A DNA stretch of 64,000 bases, taken from NCBI GenBank assembly GCA_005881595.1, contig VBBY01000034.1, positions 1,308-65,307 of the forward strand. Reading direction: 5' to 3'. This stretch comes from Betaproteobacteria bacterium (GTDB lineage Bacteria > Pseudomonadota > Gammaproteobacteria > Burkholderiales > SG8-39). The position numbers and the translations under genes are program-made. Position 1 is the first letter of the stretch, and every line of letters starts with the position of its first letter. Below are positions 9,336 through 19,137 of this stretch, in pieces. The notes under the pieces were generated by a model, which worked only from the letters and a program-made list of their open reading frames with translations, did no database searches and was not told the DNA's origin.

Positions 9336-12203
9336 ATGAACGCCCCCTCCATCCCCCTGCGCCTCGTCAAGCCGGGCGCCGCCGATTCGTCGCTCGCGGC
9401 CCGCCTGCGCAAGGAGATCGAGGGCGAAGTGATGTTCGACGCAGCGAGCCGCGGGCGCTACTCGACCGACGCATCGATCTATCAGGTCGAGCCCCTGGGA
9501 GTGGTCGTGCCGCGTACCGAGGAGGCGGCGCGGACCGCGCTGGCCATTGCCCTCGAAGCCGGCGTGCCGGTGCTGCCGCGCGGCGCGGGGACGTCGCAAT
9601 GCGGCCAGGCCGTCGGTGAGGCACTGGTCATCGACCACACGAAATACCTGAACCAGATCCTGGAGGTGAACACCGACGCGGCAGCCGCCGTCGTCCAGCC
9701 CGGGGTGGTCCTCGACGCGTTGAATGCCGTTCTGCGGCCGCAACAGCTGTGGTTCCCGGTCGACGTTTCGACGAGCGCCCAGGCGACGATCGGCGGCATG
9801 GCGGGCAACAACTCCTGCGGCTCGCGCTCGATCGCCTACGGCAACATGGTGCATAACGTGCTCGCCATCGACGCCGTGACGCCGGCGGGCGAGCGCTGGC
9901 GCTTCGGGCCAATGAGCGAGATCGCCGGTTCGCCTGCCTACCAGGATTTTGTGAAACGGCTAAAAGCCCTTTACGCCCGCGAAAAGGACGAGATCGAAGC
10001 GCGGTTCCCGAAGCTGCTGCGCAAGGTCGCGGGATACAACCTGGATCATCTCGGTCCGCCGCACGCGAATGCCGCGCACCTGCTGGTCGGCTCGGAAGGC
10101 ACCCTCGCGTATTCCGAGCGCCTGCATCTCAAGCTCTCGTCGATCCCGCCGGCGCGCACTCTCGGGGTCTGCCACTTCCAGAAGTTCTACACCGCCATGG
10201 ACATGACGCGGCACATCGTGCCGCTAGGTCCCTCGGCAGTAGAGCTCGTGGACCGCACGATGATCGGCCTGGCGCGCGACATCCCGGCCTTCAGGAAGAC
10301 CGTGGATGCGCTCATCAAGGGCGACCCGGAGGCGATCCTGCTGGTCGAGTTTTCCGGCGAGGACGCCGCCGTGCAGCTTTCCAGATTGAAGCAGCTGACC
10401 CGGCTGATGGGCGATCTCGGTTTACCCGGCAGCGTGGTGGAGATCGCGGACGCACTGCAGCAAAAGGCGCTGTGGGAGGTCCGCAAGGCCGGGCTGAACA
10501 TCATGATGTCGATGAAGGGCGACGGCAAGCCGGTGTCTTTCATCGAGGACTGCGCCGTGCCGCTCGAGCACCTCGCGGAGTACACCGAGCGCCTGACGCG
10601 CGTGTTCGAGAAGCACGGCACGCGCGGCACCTGGTATGCGCACGCCTCGGTCGGCACCCTGCACGTGCGGCCGGTGCTCGACATGCGGCGCGACGGCGCC
10701 GAGAAAATGCGCGCCATCGCCGAGGAGGCGTGCGCCATGGTGAAGGAGTTCAAGGGCGCGTACTCGGGCGAGCATGGCGATGGCCTGGTGCGCTCGGAGT
10801 GGATCGCGCCGTTCTTCGGCCCGCGCCTCACAGCGTGCCTGGGCGAGATCAAGACCTGGCTCGACCCGCGCGGCCTGATGAACCCGGGAAAGATCGTCAG
10901 CCCCTCTCGCATGGACGACAAGTCGCTGTTTCGCTTCAAGCCGGGCTACCGGACGGACGTACCGCCCACGGCCCTCGACTGGAGCGAGTGGGGCGGGTAC
11001 GACAAAGCGGTGGAGATGTGCAACAACAACGGGCATTGCCGCAAGTTCGACGCCGGCACCATGTGCCCGTCATTTCGCGTCACGGGAGACGAGATGCATC
11101 TGACGCGCGGCCGTGCCAACACGCTTCGCCTGGCGCTTTCGGGTCAACTGGGCGATGAGGGGGAAGCAGCGGTCAAAAGCGCGCTCGATCTGTGCGTCTC
11201 GTGCAAGGGCTGCAAGCGCGAGTGCCCGACCGGCGTCGATATGGCGCGCATGAAGATCGAGTTTCTGGCCGGCTATCGCCGCCGCCACGGCCTGACGACG
11301 CGCGAGCGGATGGTCGCTTACTTGCCGCGCTATGCGCCCTGGGCGGGGCGCATGGCGCCGCTTGCCAATTCTGCGTCCGCGCTTCTGAAATCGGCGCTCG
11401 GGTTCGCGGCAAAGCGCGCGCTGCCGAAGTGGCGCAGGGATTACTTCGCCGATCGCACCCGGCCAGACAGAGGGGGAGGCCGCGAGGTCGCCATCTTCGT
11501 CGACACGTTCAACCGCTGGTTCGAGCCGCACAATGTGCGCGCCGCGATTCGAGTGCTGCAGGCCGCCGGGTATCGCGTGCACGCGGCGCAGCCCCTGACG
11601 CCCGGCCGTCCCCTGTGCTGCGGGCGGACGTTCCTCTCGGCCGGGCTGGTCGAGCAAGCCAAGGCAGAGGCGCGTCGCACGCTGCAGGCGCTCAAACCCT
11701 GGGTCGACCGCGGCGCGGCGGTCATCGGGCTCGAGCCCGCGTGCCTGCTCAGCTTCCGCGACGAGTTCTGCGCCATGCTTCCGGGCAGCGAAGTCCTCGC
11801 ACGCCATTCGTTTCTGTTCGAGGAATTCATCGCCCGCGAGCTCGACGCGGGCCGTTTCTCTGCCAGCTTCACGCCGCTGGCGAAAAAGGCGCTGCTGCAC
11901 GGCCATTGCCATCAGAAAGCGTTCGACGCCATGCCCGCGGTGATGCGGGTGCTGAAGCTGATCCCGGAGCTGAGGATCGAGGCGGTCGAATCGAGCTGTT
12001 GCGGCATGGCAGGCAGCTTCGGCTACGAGGCCGAGCACTACGCGGTCTCGATGAAGATGGCCGAGCTGAGCCTTCTGCCCGCAGTGAGAAATTCGAAAGA
12101 TGCCCTGGTGGTCGCCGACGGCACGAGCTGCAGGCACCAGATCGCGGACGGTGCCGGTCGTGAAGCCTGGCACGTTGCGCGCGTGCTGGAACAGGCTCTG
12201 TAG
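9336..12203 (+). CDS. FAD-binding plus (Fe-S)-binding fusion oxidoreductase (GlcD-GlcF/YdiJ-like 2-hydroxyacid dehydrogenase family)
   Basis: N-terminal FAD_binding_4-type region (PRGAGTSQCGQAV), a CVSCKGCKRECP 4Fe-4S motif and C-terminal CCG-type Cys motifs. The start is ATG 9336 or ATG 9312. Confidence 0.85.
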   Translation: MNAPSIPLRLVKPGAADSSLAARLRKEIEGEVMFDAASRGRYSTDASIYQVEPLGVVVPRTEEAARTALAIALEAGVPVLPRGAGTSQCGQAVGEALVIDHTKYLNQILEVNTDAAAAVVQPGVVLDALNAVLRPQQLWFPVDVSTSAQATIGGMAGNNSCGSRSIAYGNMVHNVLAIDAVTPAGERWRFGPMSEIAGSPAYQDFVKRLKALYAREKDEIEARFPKLLRKVAGYNLDHLGPPHANAAHLLVGSEGTLAYSERLHLKLSSIPPARTLGVCHFQKFYTAMDMTRHIVPLGPSAVELVDRTMIGLARDIPAFRKTVDALIKGDPEAILLVEFSGEDAAVQLSRLKQLTRLMGDLGLPGSVVEIADALQQKALWEVRKAGLNIMMSMKGDGKPVSFIEDCAVPLEHLAEYTERLTRVFEKHGTRGTWYAHASVGTLHVRPVLDMRRDGAEKMRAIAEEACAMVKEFKGAYSGEHGDGLVRSEWIAPFFGPRLTACLGEIKTWLDPRGLMNPGKIVSPSRMDDKSLFRFKPGYRTDVPPTALDWSEWGGYDKAVEMCNNNGHCRKFDAGTMCPSFRVTGDEMHLTRGRANTLRLALSGQLGDEGEAAVKSALDLCVSCKGCKRECPTGVDMARMKIEFLAGYRRRHGLTTRERMVAYLPRYAPWAGRMAPLANSASALLKSALGFAAKRALPKWRRDYFADRTRPDRGGGREVAIFVDTFNRWFEPHNVRAAIRVLQAAGYRVHAAQPLTPGRPLCCGRTFLSAGLVEQAKAEARRTLQALKPWVDRGAAVIGLEPACLLSFRDEFCAMLPGSEVLARHSFLFEEFIARELDAGRFSASFTPLAKKALLHGHCHQKAFDAMPAVMRVLKLIPELRIEAVESSCCGMAGSFGYEAEHYAVSMKMAELSLLPAVRNSKDALVVADGTSCRHQIADGAGREAWHVARVLEQAL

Positions 12204-12207
12204 GAGA

Positions 12208-12987
12208 TCAGCTCGTCTCGGCCGCGCTGCGCGCGAATAGCCACACCCCAAGGGCGATCATCGGCAGCGACAGCCACTGGCCCATCGTCATGCCGAACGC
12301 GAGATAGCCGAGAAAGCTGTCGGGCTCCCGGCCGAACTCGGCGCTGAAGCGAAACACGCCGTAGCCGATGAGAAACAGCGCCGACACCTGGCCGCGCGGG
12401 CGCGGCCTGGCCGAGAACCACCAAAGCAGCACGAAGAGCGCGAGCCCCTCCAGCGCGAACTCGTAGAGCTGCGACGGGTGACGCGGCGCGTCGCCCGCGC
12501 CGCGAAACAGCATTCCCCACGGCAGGTCCGTGACGCGTCCGTAAAGCTCGCCATTGATGAAGTTCCCCAGCCTGCCTGCCGCGATGCCGAGCGGACAGAG
12601 CGGCGCGACGAAATCCATCAGCCGCAGGAAAGCCAGCTTGTGGCGGCGCGCCGCGAACGCCATGGCGAGGATCACGCCCAGCAGGCCGCCGTGGAAGGAC
12701 ATCCCGCCCTGCCACACCGCGAAGATCTCGAGCGGGTGCGCCAGGTAGTAGCCCGGCTTGTAGAACAGCACGTAGCCAAGCCGCCCGCCGAGGATCACGC
12801 CGAGAACCGCCATGAACAGCAAATCGTCGAACTGCTGCCGCGTCACCGGAGCCAGCCCTCTTGCGATTCGCCGCAGGCCCAGCCACCAGCCGGCGGCGAA
12901 GCCGACGAGGTACATGAGGCCGTACCAGCGCACGGCGAGCGGGCCGATGGAAATCGCCACCGGGTCGATATTGGGGTGGATCAGCAT
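12208..12987 (-). CDS. lgt: prolipoprotein diacylglyceryl transferase
   Basis: [30 protein letters not shown] ... HPSQLYE are typical Lgt motifs. Met30 of ORF 12208..13074. Confidence 0.9.
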   Translation of the reverse strand: MLIHPNIDPVAISIGPLAVRWYGLMYLVGFAAGWWLGLRRIARGLAPVTRQQFDDLLFMAVLGVILGGRLGYVLFYKPGYYLAHPLEIFAVWQGGMSFHGGLLGVILAMAFAARRHKLAFLRLMDFVAPLCPLGIAAGRLGNFINGELYGRVTDLPWGMLFRGAGDAPRHPSQLYEFALEGLALFVLLWWFSARPRPRGQVSALFLIGYGVFRFSAEFGREPDSFLGYLAFGMTMGQWLSLPMIALGVWLFARSAAETS

Positions 12988-12995
12988 GGGCGGCC

Positions 12996-13892
12996 TCAGC
13001 GCGCGAGGCGTCGCGCCTGCGCCGCGAATTCGCGTCCTGCGGCGCCGAGCGCGCCGCGGCGCCAGGCAAGCCACAGGTCGAGCCGCGGATGCGGCTCGGC
13101 GATCTCGCGGTAGACCACCCCGCGCCGGCCGAGATTGGCGAGCGAGCCCGGCACGATCGCTATACCCAGCCCGCTCGACACCAGGCTTACTACGGTCTGC
13201 ATCTGAATTGCCTCCTGGGCTATGTTGAGCGAAAAGCCCGCGCGCGCCGCAAGACCGGTCACGATATCGTACAGGCGGGGCGCGATCTCGCGCGGCACCA
13301 TGACAAAGGCTTCGCCGGCAAGTGCGCTCACCCCAAGCCTACCGCGCCCGCCGGCGAGACGGTGGCGCGAAGGAAGCGCGGCCACGAAACGCTCGCGCTG
13401 CACGACTAGGTGCTCCAGCCCTGCGGCGCCGGAAACGGGCGGCAGGAGCAGGCCGAAATCCAGGTCGCCGGCTGCCAGCGCAGCCGCCTGCTCGGGCGAA
13501 AGCATCTCGCGCAGCGCGAGCGCAACGCCTGGCCGCGCTGCCTTGTAGGCCTTCAGCAGGCCGGGCAGCACGCCGTAGTCGGCAAGCGAGACGAAGCCGA
13601 TCCGCAGCCGCCCACGCTCGCCGGCAGCCATGCCGTGGAGCTCCGCTACCGCGGTCTCGAGCTGTGCCGCGAGGCGGCGCGCCTCATCGAGAAAGCGCGC
13701 GCCCTCGGCGGTCAGCTCGACGCGCCGGCGGGTGCGCGCGAGCAGGGCGACGCCCAGCCGCTCCTCGAGCGCGCGGATGGCGCGTGACAGCGGCGGCTGC
13801 GAAATGTGCAGCGCCTCTGCGGCGCGGCCGAAATGCAGGCGCTCGGCAACCGCGATGAAATACCGCAGCTGGCGCAGATCCGGAAGATTCAT
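12996..13892 (-). CDS. LysR-family transcriptional regulator
   Basis: N-terminal w[38 protein letters not shown]. 298 aa, divergent from ilvD. Confidence 0.9.
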   Translation of the reverse strand: MNLPDLRQLRYFIAVAERLHFGRAAEALHISQPPLSRAIRALEERLGVALLARTRRRVELTAEGARFLDEARRLAAQLETAVAELHGMAAGERGRLRIGFVSLADYGVLPGLLKAYKAARPGVALALREMLSPEQAAALAAGDLDFGLLLPPVSGAAGLEHLVVQRERFVAALPSRHRLAGGRGRLGVSALAGEAFVMVPREIAPRLYDIVTGLAARAGFSLNIAQEAIQMQTVVSLVSSGLGIAIVPGSLANLGRRGVVYREIAEPHPRLDLWLAWRRGALGAAGREFAAQARRLAR

Positions 13893-13905
13893 ACCAATAA
13901 GGTAT
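13891..13905. promoter_or_regulatory. candidate LysR-type T-N11-A box (ATACC-N5-GGTAT)
   Basis: Inverted repeat ATACCAATAAGGTAT in the lysR|ilvD divergent region, overlapping the regulator start codon. Its form matches the classical ATAC-N7-GTAT LTTR motif. Confidence 0.35.
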
Positions 13906-13977
13906 TACAGAACCACCGCGATTGTATTGGATATTGGACCGGCGGGAGCGCAGAATCCCCGCGCACAGGAGGAAATC

Positions 13978-15669
13978 ATGACGTCCACGCCCCCCAACCG
14001 CCGCTCGAGGCTCATCACCCAGGGCATTGCGCGCTCGCCGAACCGGGCGATGCTGCGCGCCGTCGGCTTCGCCGACGGCGACTTCGACAAGCCGATCGTC
14101 GGCGTAGCCAGCGGCTACTCGACCATGAATCCCTGCAACGCCGGCATCCAGCCGCTCGTCGATCGCGCCGTGGCCGCCCTCGAGCAGGCCGGAGTCAAGC
14201 CGCAGGTGTTTGGCTTTCCCACCGTCACCGACGGGGTCGGCATGGGCACCGAGGGGATGAAATATTCTCTGGTGTCGCGAGAAGTGATCGCCGACTCGAT
14301 CGAGACCGCGGTGAACGGGCAGCTTATGGACGGGGTCCTGTGTGTCGGCGGCTGCGACAAGAACATGCCGGGCAGCATGATGGCGATGGCGCGCATCAAT
14401 GTGCCGGGCATGTTTGTCTACGCCGGAACGATCAAGCCGGGCTTCTGGAAAGGCCAGAAGCTGACCATCGTCAGCCCGTTCGAGGCGGTAGGCGCGTTCA
14501 CTGCCGGCAAGATGTCGCGGGAGGACTTGGAGGGCATCGAAAAGAACGCCTGTCCCAGCGTTGGCGCCTGCGGCGGCCAGTACACCGCGAATACCATGAG
14601 CTCGTCGTTCGAGGCTCTGGGCATGAGCCTGCTCGGATCCTCGCAAATGGCCTCGCCCGATCCGGAGAAGGCGGACTCGGCCGCGCTCTCCGCCAACGTG
14701 CTGGCCGAGGCGGTGAAGAACAATCTGTGCCCTCGCGACATCATCACGCGCAGGTCCATCGAGAACGCAATCGCCATCGTCATGGCGACGGGCGGCTCGA
14801 CCAATGCGGTGCTGCACTATCTCGCCATCGCGAGCGCCGCGGGCGTGAGATGGACGATCGATGATTTCGAGCGCGTGCGCAAGAAGGTCCCGGTGCTCTG
14901 CGCGCTCAAGCCCTCCGGCCCGTATGTCGCCACCGACTTTCATGCGGCGGGCGGCGTCCCCCAGGTGCTGAAGATGCTGCTCGAAGCAGGCCTGGTGCAC
15001 GGCGAGTGCGTCACCATCACCGGCAGAACGCTCGCACAGGAGTTGAAGGACATACCCAGCACGCCGCGCGCAGACCAGGACGTGATCCGTGCCCTCGACA
15101 AGCCGCTCTATCGCCAGGGCCATCTCGCGATCCTGAAAGGCAACCTCGCGCCCGAGGGCTGTGTCGCCAAGATCACCGGCCTGAAGAAGACCGCGATCAC
15201 CGGGCCGGCGCGGGTGTTCGATTCCGAGAACGCGTGCATGAAGGCGATCCTTGCCAAGCGCATCAAGCCGGGCGACGTGGTGGTGATCCGCTACGAAGGC
15301 CCGAAGGGGGGTCCGGGGATGCAGGAAATGCTCGCACCGACCTCGGCGCTCATCGGCCAGGGGCTGGGCGAGTCGGTCGGCCTGATCACCGATGGCCGCT
15401 TCTCCGGCGGCACCTGGGGAATGGTGGTCGGGCACGTCGCGCCCGAAGCCTATGTCGGCGGCACCATCGCCCTGGTGCGCGAGGGCGATTCGATCACCAT
15501 CGACGCCAAGAAGCGCCTGATCCATCTCGACGTCTCCGCGAAGGAGCTGGCTGCGCGCCGCAAGAAGTGGAAGCCGCCGCAACCCAGCCATAGCAAGGGG
15601 CTGCTCGCCAAATACCGCAAGCTTGTTTCCACCGCCTCGGAAGGCGCTGTTACCGACGCGAACGTCTGA
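13978..15669 (+). CDS. ilvD: dihydroxy-acid dehydratase
   Basis: [22 protein letters not shown] ... CDKNMPG ... [10 protein letters not shown] are IlvD hallmarks. AGGAGG SD lies 6-7 nt before ATG 13978. Confidence 0.95.
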   Translation: MTSTPPNRRSRLITQGIARSPNRAMLRAVGFADGDFDKPIVGVASGYSTMNPCNAGIQPLVDRAVAALEQAGVKPQVFGFPTVTDGVGMGTEGMKYSLVSREVIADSIETAVNGQLMDGVLCVGGCDKNMPGSMMAMARINVPGMFVYAGTIKPGFWKGQKLTIVSPFEAVGAFTAGKMSREDLEGIEKNACPSVGACGGQYTANTMSSSFEALGMSLLGSSQMASPDPEKADSAALSANVLAEAVKNNLCPRDIITRRSIENAIAIVMATGGSTNAVLHYLAIASAAGVRWTIDDFERVRKKVPVLCALKPSGPYVATDFHAAGGVPQVLKMLLEAGLVHGECVTITGRTLAQELKDIPSTPRADQDVIRALDKPLYRQGHLAILKGNLAPEGCVAKITGLKKTAITGPARVFDSENACMKAILAKRIKPGDVVVIRYEGPKGGPGMQEMLAPTSALIGQGLGESVGLITDGRFSGGTWGMVVGHVAPEAYVGGTIALVREGDSITIDAKKRLIHLDVSAKELAARRKKWKPPQPSHSKGLLAKYRKLVSTASEGAVTDANV

Positions 15670-16245
15670 TTAGAAGCGCGATCCGGGCAGTTTCAGGAAT
15701 TCGATCTCTTCGGGCGTGCTGGCGCGCCCGAGCGCCGCGTTGCGGTGAGGAAAGCGCCCGAAACGCTGGATGATGTCGCGGTGTCGCAGAGCGTAGCGAG
15801 CGGCGTCCTCGGTTTCCGGAAACGCCGCGAGCGGGGCGGTGAGCTCGCACGCCTTCAGCTGGTCCTCGAGCGACTCGCTGTGCTCGAAGGGCAGGTAGGC
15901 GAACATGCGCTCGACCGGCAGCATGTTGCGATCGTATCCCCGGGTAATCGCGTGGCGCGCAGCCTCCAGCGCCAGCGCGTCGGCGGCAAACGCGCGCGCC
16001 GAGCCGCGGAAAAGCTGGCGCGGGAACTGGTCGAGCGCGATGATGCGCGCGAGGCAATCGGCGCGGCTCTCCAGCCATTCGCGCCCGGCGCCGGCAGCGA
16101 GTTCTTCGTAGAGCGGAAGAAAGCGCTTGCTCACCTCGGCGTCGAAGGACGGGTCCTTCTCGAACCAGCGCTTGTGCCGTCTGCCGTATTCCTCGCCTGC
16201 GCCGAACCAGAAGCGCAACACGCCTGACGGAAGGTGGTCGTTCAT
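15670..16245 (-). CDS. DUF924-family protein
   Basis: VLRFWFG ... RWFEKDPSFD ... ALDQFPR ... RFGRFPHRN pattern. Met194 of ORF 15670..16824 gives 191 aa. Confidence 0.8.
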   Translation of the reverse strand: MNDHLPSGVLRFWFGAGEEYGRRHKRWFEKDPSFDAEVSKRFLPLYEELAAGAGREWLESRADCLARIIALDQFPRQLFRGSARAFAADALALEAARHAITRGYDRNMLPVERMFAYLPFEHSESLEDQLKACELTAPLAAFPETEDAARYALRHRDIIQRFGRFPHRNAALGRASTPEEIEFLKLPGSRF

Positions 16246-16299
16246 TGTCCCGGATGTTAAGCTGGCATTCGCCTTCAACCACAGTCGGGAGACACCAGG

Positions 16300-16680
16300 A
16301 TGAACAGGACTCGCCGGTTTATTGCCAGCTTGCTCGTGGTTTCGATGACCGGGCTCGGGCTGCCGCCGCCTTCGCACGCCGCCATCGTGGGGACGGATGC
16401 CGCGCTCGCGGCCGCGCAACGCGACCGCGTCGCGACCCTGCTCGGTCGCGCGGACGTGCGTGCGCAGCTCGAGGCGCACGGCGTGCGCCCGGCCGACGTC
16501 CAGGCGCGGGTCGCCGCGCTGACCGACGAAGAAGTGGCGCAGCTCGCGGGCCAGCTCGACCGCCTGCCCGCCGGCGGCGAAGGCATCATCGGCGCGCTCG
16601 TGATCGTGTTCCTCGTGCTCCTCATCACCGACCTGCTGGGCCTGACCAAGGTCTTTCCCTTCACCCGCCCGGTGCGCTGA
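16300..16680 (+). CDS. PA2779-like small protein (signal peptide plus C-terminal membrane anchor)
   Basis: 126 aa with an N-terminal signal-like segment, a helical middle ([24 protein letters not shown]) and a C-terminal TM ending in LGLTKVFPF. It resembles what I recall of the PA2779/DUF6627 family. The family call is from memory only. Confidence 0.6.
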   Translation: MNRTRRFIASLLVVSMTGLGLPPPSHAAIVGTDAALAAAQRDRVATLLGRADVRAQLEAHGVRPADVQARVAALTDEEVAQLAGQLDRLPAGGEGIIGALVIVFLVLLITDLLGLTKVFPFTRPVR

Positions 16681-16708
16681 CCCAGCGGCACGGGTTTTGC
16701 CCCGCAAC

Positions 16709-18703
16709 ATGGCGAACCGTCTCGCGAGCCAGACTTCCCCATACCTCCAGCAGCACGCCGCGAACCCGGTGGACTGGTATCCATGGGGCCCCGAGGCGCT
16801 CGAGCGCGCGCGGCGCGAAGACAAGCCGATCCTGCTCTCGGTCGGCTACTCGGCCTGCCACTGGTGCCACGTCATGGCGCACGAGAGCTTCGAGGACCCG
16901 GCAGTGGCGGCGGTGATGAACCGGCTGTTCGTCAACGTCAAGGTGGACCGCGAAGAGCGACCGGACCTCGATCAGATCTACCAGAGCGCGCACCAGATGC
17001 TCGCCCAGCGCCCGGGCGGCTGGCCGCTCACCATGTTCCTGTCGCCCGACGGCACGCCGTTTTTCGGCGGCACTTACTTTCCCAGGGCAGCGCGCTTCGG
17101 GCTGCCGGGGTTTCCCGAGCTGTGCGAGCGCATCGCCGCGCTCTGGCGTGACAAGCAGCCGGACATCGCTCGCCAGAACAGCGAAGTGCAGAAGGCGCTC
17201 GCGCGCACGCTGCCGCGGCGCCCTTCGCGCCGCCCCGAGCTGTCGCGCGATTTGCTGCGCGCGGTGCTCGACAGCCTGCGCGCCAGTTTCGACCCCCGCT
17301 TCGGCGGCTTCGGCGCCGCGCCGAAATTTCCGCACCCTACCGATCTCGAGTTGTGCCTGCGCAAGGGCGAGACCGACATCGCGCACACCACGCTCAAGCG
17401 CATGTGCGAAGGCGGCATCTACGACCAGCTCGGGGGCGGCTTCAGCCGCTACAGCGTCGACGCGCAGTGGATGATTCCGCACTTCGAGAAGATGCTCTAC
17501 GACAACGGGCCGCTCCTCTCGCTGCTCGCCGACGCCTGGCTGGTCACGGGCGAGCGGCTGTACGCGCGCTGCGCCGAGGAGACTGCCGGCTGGATCATGC
17601 GCGAGATGCAGTCGCCCGAGGGCGGTTACTACTCCTCGCTCGACGCCGACAGCGAGCACGAGGAGGGCAAGTTCTACGTCTGGAGCCGCGACGAAGCGCA
17701 AGCGGCGCTGACTGGCGAGGAGTACGCGGTGCTGTCGCCTCATTTCGGCCTGGACCAGCCGCCGAACTTCGAGAACCGGCACTGGCATCTGCATGTCGCG
17801 CGCCCCGTCGAGCCGGGCAAGGAAGGAATTCTCGAAAGGGCAAAGCAGAAGCTGTTCGCGGCGCGCGCGAAGCGCGTGCGCCCGGGGCGCGACGAGAAGG
17901 TGCTGGTGTCGTGGAACGCGCTGGCGATCCGCGGCATGGCGCACGCCGGACGCGTGCTCGGCCGCGAGCCGTGGATCGCCTCGGCGCGACGCGCGCTCGA
18001 GTTCATCCGCAGCCGCATGTGGCGCGACGGCAGGCTGCTCGCCACCAGCAAGGACGGGCACGCGCATCTTGCCGCCTACCTCGACGATTACGCGTACCTC
18101 ATGGCGGCATTGATCGAGCTGCTGCAAGGCGAGTTCTCGCTGCAGGACCTGGAATTTGCCGAGCAGCTTGCCGAAGTCCTGCTCGCGCAGTTCGAGGACG
18201 CCGAAGGCGGCGGCTTTTTCTTCACCGCGCGCGACCACGAAGCGCTGATTCACCGTCCGAAGCCGGGCTACGACAACGCCACGCCCTCCGGCAATGCGGT
18301 CGCTGCCTGGGGGCTCGGCCGGCTGGCGGGGCTGACCGGCGAGCAGCGCTACGCTGCCGCCGCGGAGCGCACGCTCGAGCTGTTCTACCCGATGATGCGC
18401 GACTCCCCGGCGGGCTACGGCGCGATGACGATTGCGCTGGATGAGCACCTGCAGCCCCCCGGCGTCCTGGTGCTGCGCGGCAAGCCGGAACCGCTGGCAG
18501 GCTGGCAGGCCGAGCTGGCGCGCGAGTTCCTGCCGGACACCACCGTATTGGCGATTGCGGACAGCATGTCAGGCCTGCCCCCTGCCCTGGACAAGCCGGC
18601 CCGGCCGGAGCCGGTCAACGGCTGGCTGTGCCGGGGCGTTAATTGCCTGCTGCCCATCAGCGATCTTGTAGACTTGCGAAAGACACTCAGGGAGAAGCCA
18701 TGA
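16709..18703 (+). CDS. thioredoxin-domain (DUF255/YyaL-like) protein with a glycosyl-hydrolase-like alpha-toroid C-terminal region
   Basis: [18 protein letters not shown] ... [18 protein letters not shown] ... [11 protein letters not shown] are signatures of the family. ATG 16709 is preferred over TTG 16697. Confidence 0.85.
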   Translation: MANRLASQTSPYLQQHAANPVDWYPWGPEALERARREDKPILLSVGYSACHWCHVMAHESFEDPAVAAVMNRLFVNVKVDREERPDLDQIYQSAHQMLAQRPGGWPLTMFLSPDGTPFFGGTYFPRAARFGLPGFPELCERIAALWRDKQPDIARQNSEVQKALARTLPRRPSRRPELSRDLLRAVLDSLRASFDPRFGGFGAAPKFPHPTDLELCLRKGETDIAHTTLKRMCEGGIYDQLGGGFSRYSVDAQWMIPHFEKMLYDNGPLLSLLADAWLVTGERLYARCAEETAGWIMREMQSPEGGYYSSLDADSEHEEGKFYVWSRDEAQAALTGEEYAVLSPHFGLDQPPNFENRHWHLHVARPVEPGKEGILERAKQKLFAARAKRVRPGRDEKVLVSWNALAIRGMAHAGRVLGREPWIASARRALEFIRSRMWRDGRLLATSKDGHAHLAAYLDDYAYLMAALIELLQGEFSLQDLEFAEQLAEVLLAQFEDAEGGGFFFTARDHEALIHRPKPGYDNATPSGNAVAAWGLGRLAGLTGEQRYAAAAERTLELFYPMMRDSPAGYGAMTIALDEHLQPPGVLVLRGKPEPLAGWQAELAREFLPDTTVLAIADSMSGLPPALDKPARPEPVNGWLCRGVNCLLPISDLVDLRKTLREKP

Positions 18704-19005
18704 AACGTGCCGCATTCCTGCTTGGCGTCGCGACGCTGGTTGCCGCGCTGCCGGGGCGGGCGAACGAGGAGCTTGCCAGGAAGTATGGCTGCCTTGCCTG
18801 TCACACCTTGGACAAGAAGCTGGTCGGTCCCTCCTACAAGGAGGTTGCCGCCAAATACCGTGGCGACAAGGCGGCCGAAGCCAAGCTGACGGACAAAGTG
18901 AAAAAAGGCGGCCAGGGGGTGTGGGGGCAGGTTCCGATGCCGCCCAACTCCAGCGTTCCTGATGCCGACCTCAGGGCCCTGGTGAAGTGGATCCTTTCCC
19001 AGTAG
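18700..19005 (+). CDS. cytochrome c551/c8-type mono-haem cytochrome c
   Basis: Signal peptide, CLACH haem motif, [13 protein letters not shown] and [11 protein letters not shown] motifs. The ATG overlaps the upstream stop (ATGA). Confidence 0.85.
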   Translation: MKRAAFLLGVATLVAALPGRANEELARKYGCLACHTLDKKLVGPSYKEVAAKYRGDKAAEAKLTDKVKKGGQGVWGQVPMPPNSSVPDADLRALVKWILSQ

Positions 19006-19013
19006 GCTGACTG

Positions 19014-19035
19014 GCCGTTGCGCCGGCGCAACGGC
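19014..19035 (+). terminator. perfect 22-nt GC-rich palindrome 9 nt after the cytochrome c551 stop (terminator-like, no U tract)
   Basis: GCCGTTGCGCC/GGCGCAACGGC is exactly self-complementary. No T run follows, so intrinsic-terminator function is uncertain. Confidence 0.35.
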
Positions 19036-19137
19036 GAGCTTGCTCGTAAATCCCCGTAGCAAGTAGAGTTCGCCCACGGCGATTCGGCCGTTCGCGGCCG
19101 ATCCCAAACGAATAACTACCAACGAAAGGGAAAAATC

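Noticed and set aside
12168-12182. A second TGGCAC-containing sigma-54-like string (TGGCACGTTGCGCGC).
   Set aside because: It lies inside the 3' end of the oxidoreductase coding sequence and lacks the TTGC -12 context at the right spacing. It also points into the 3' end of a convergent gene.
16661-18448. Very long antisense ORFs opposite well-supported genes. Examples are 16661..18448, 13684..15591, 44366..45502, 47173..49494, 50900..53173, 54419..56758, 59451..61268 and 61324..63057, all on the minus strand.
   Set aside because: They mirror recognisable genes on the other strand. Their translations are Arg/Ala/Gly/His/Asp-rich low-complexity strings with no recognisable motifs. Long stop-free antisense frames are expected in DNA this GC-rich.
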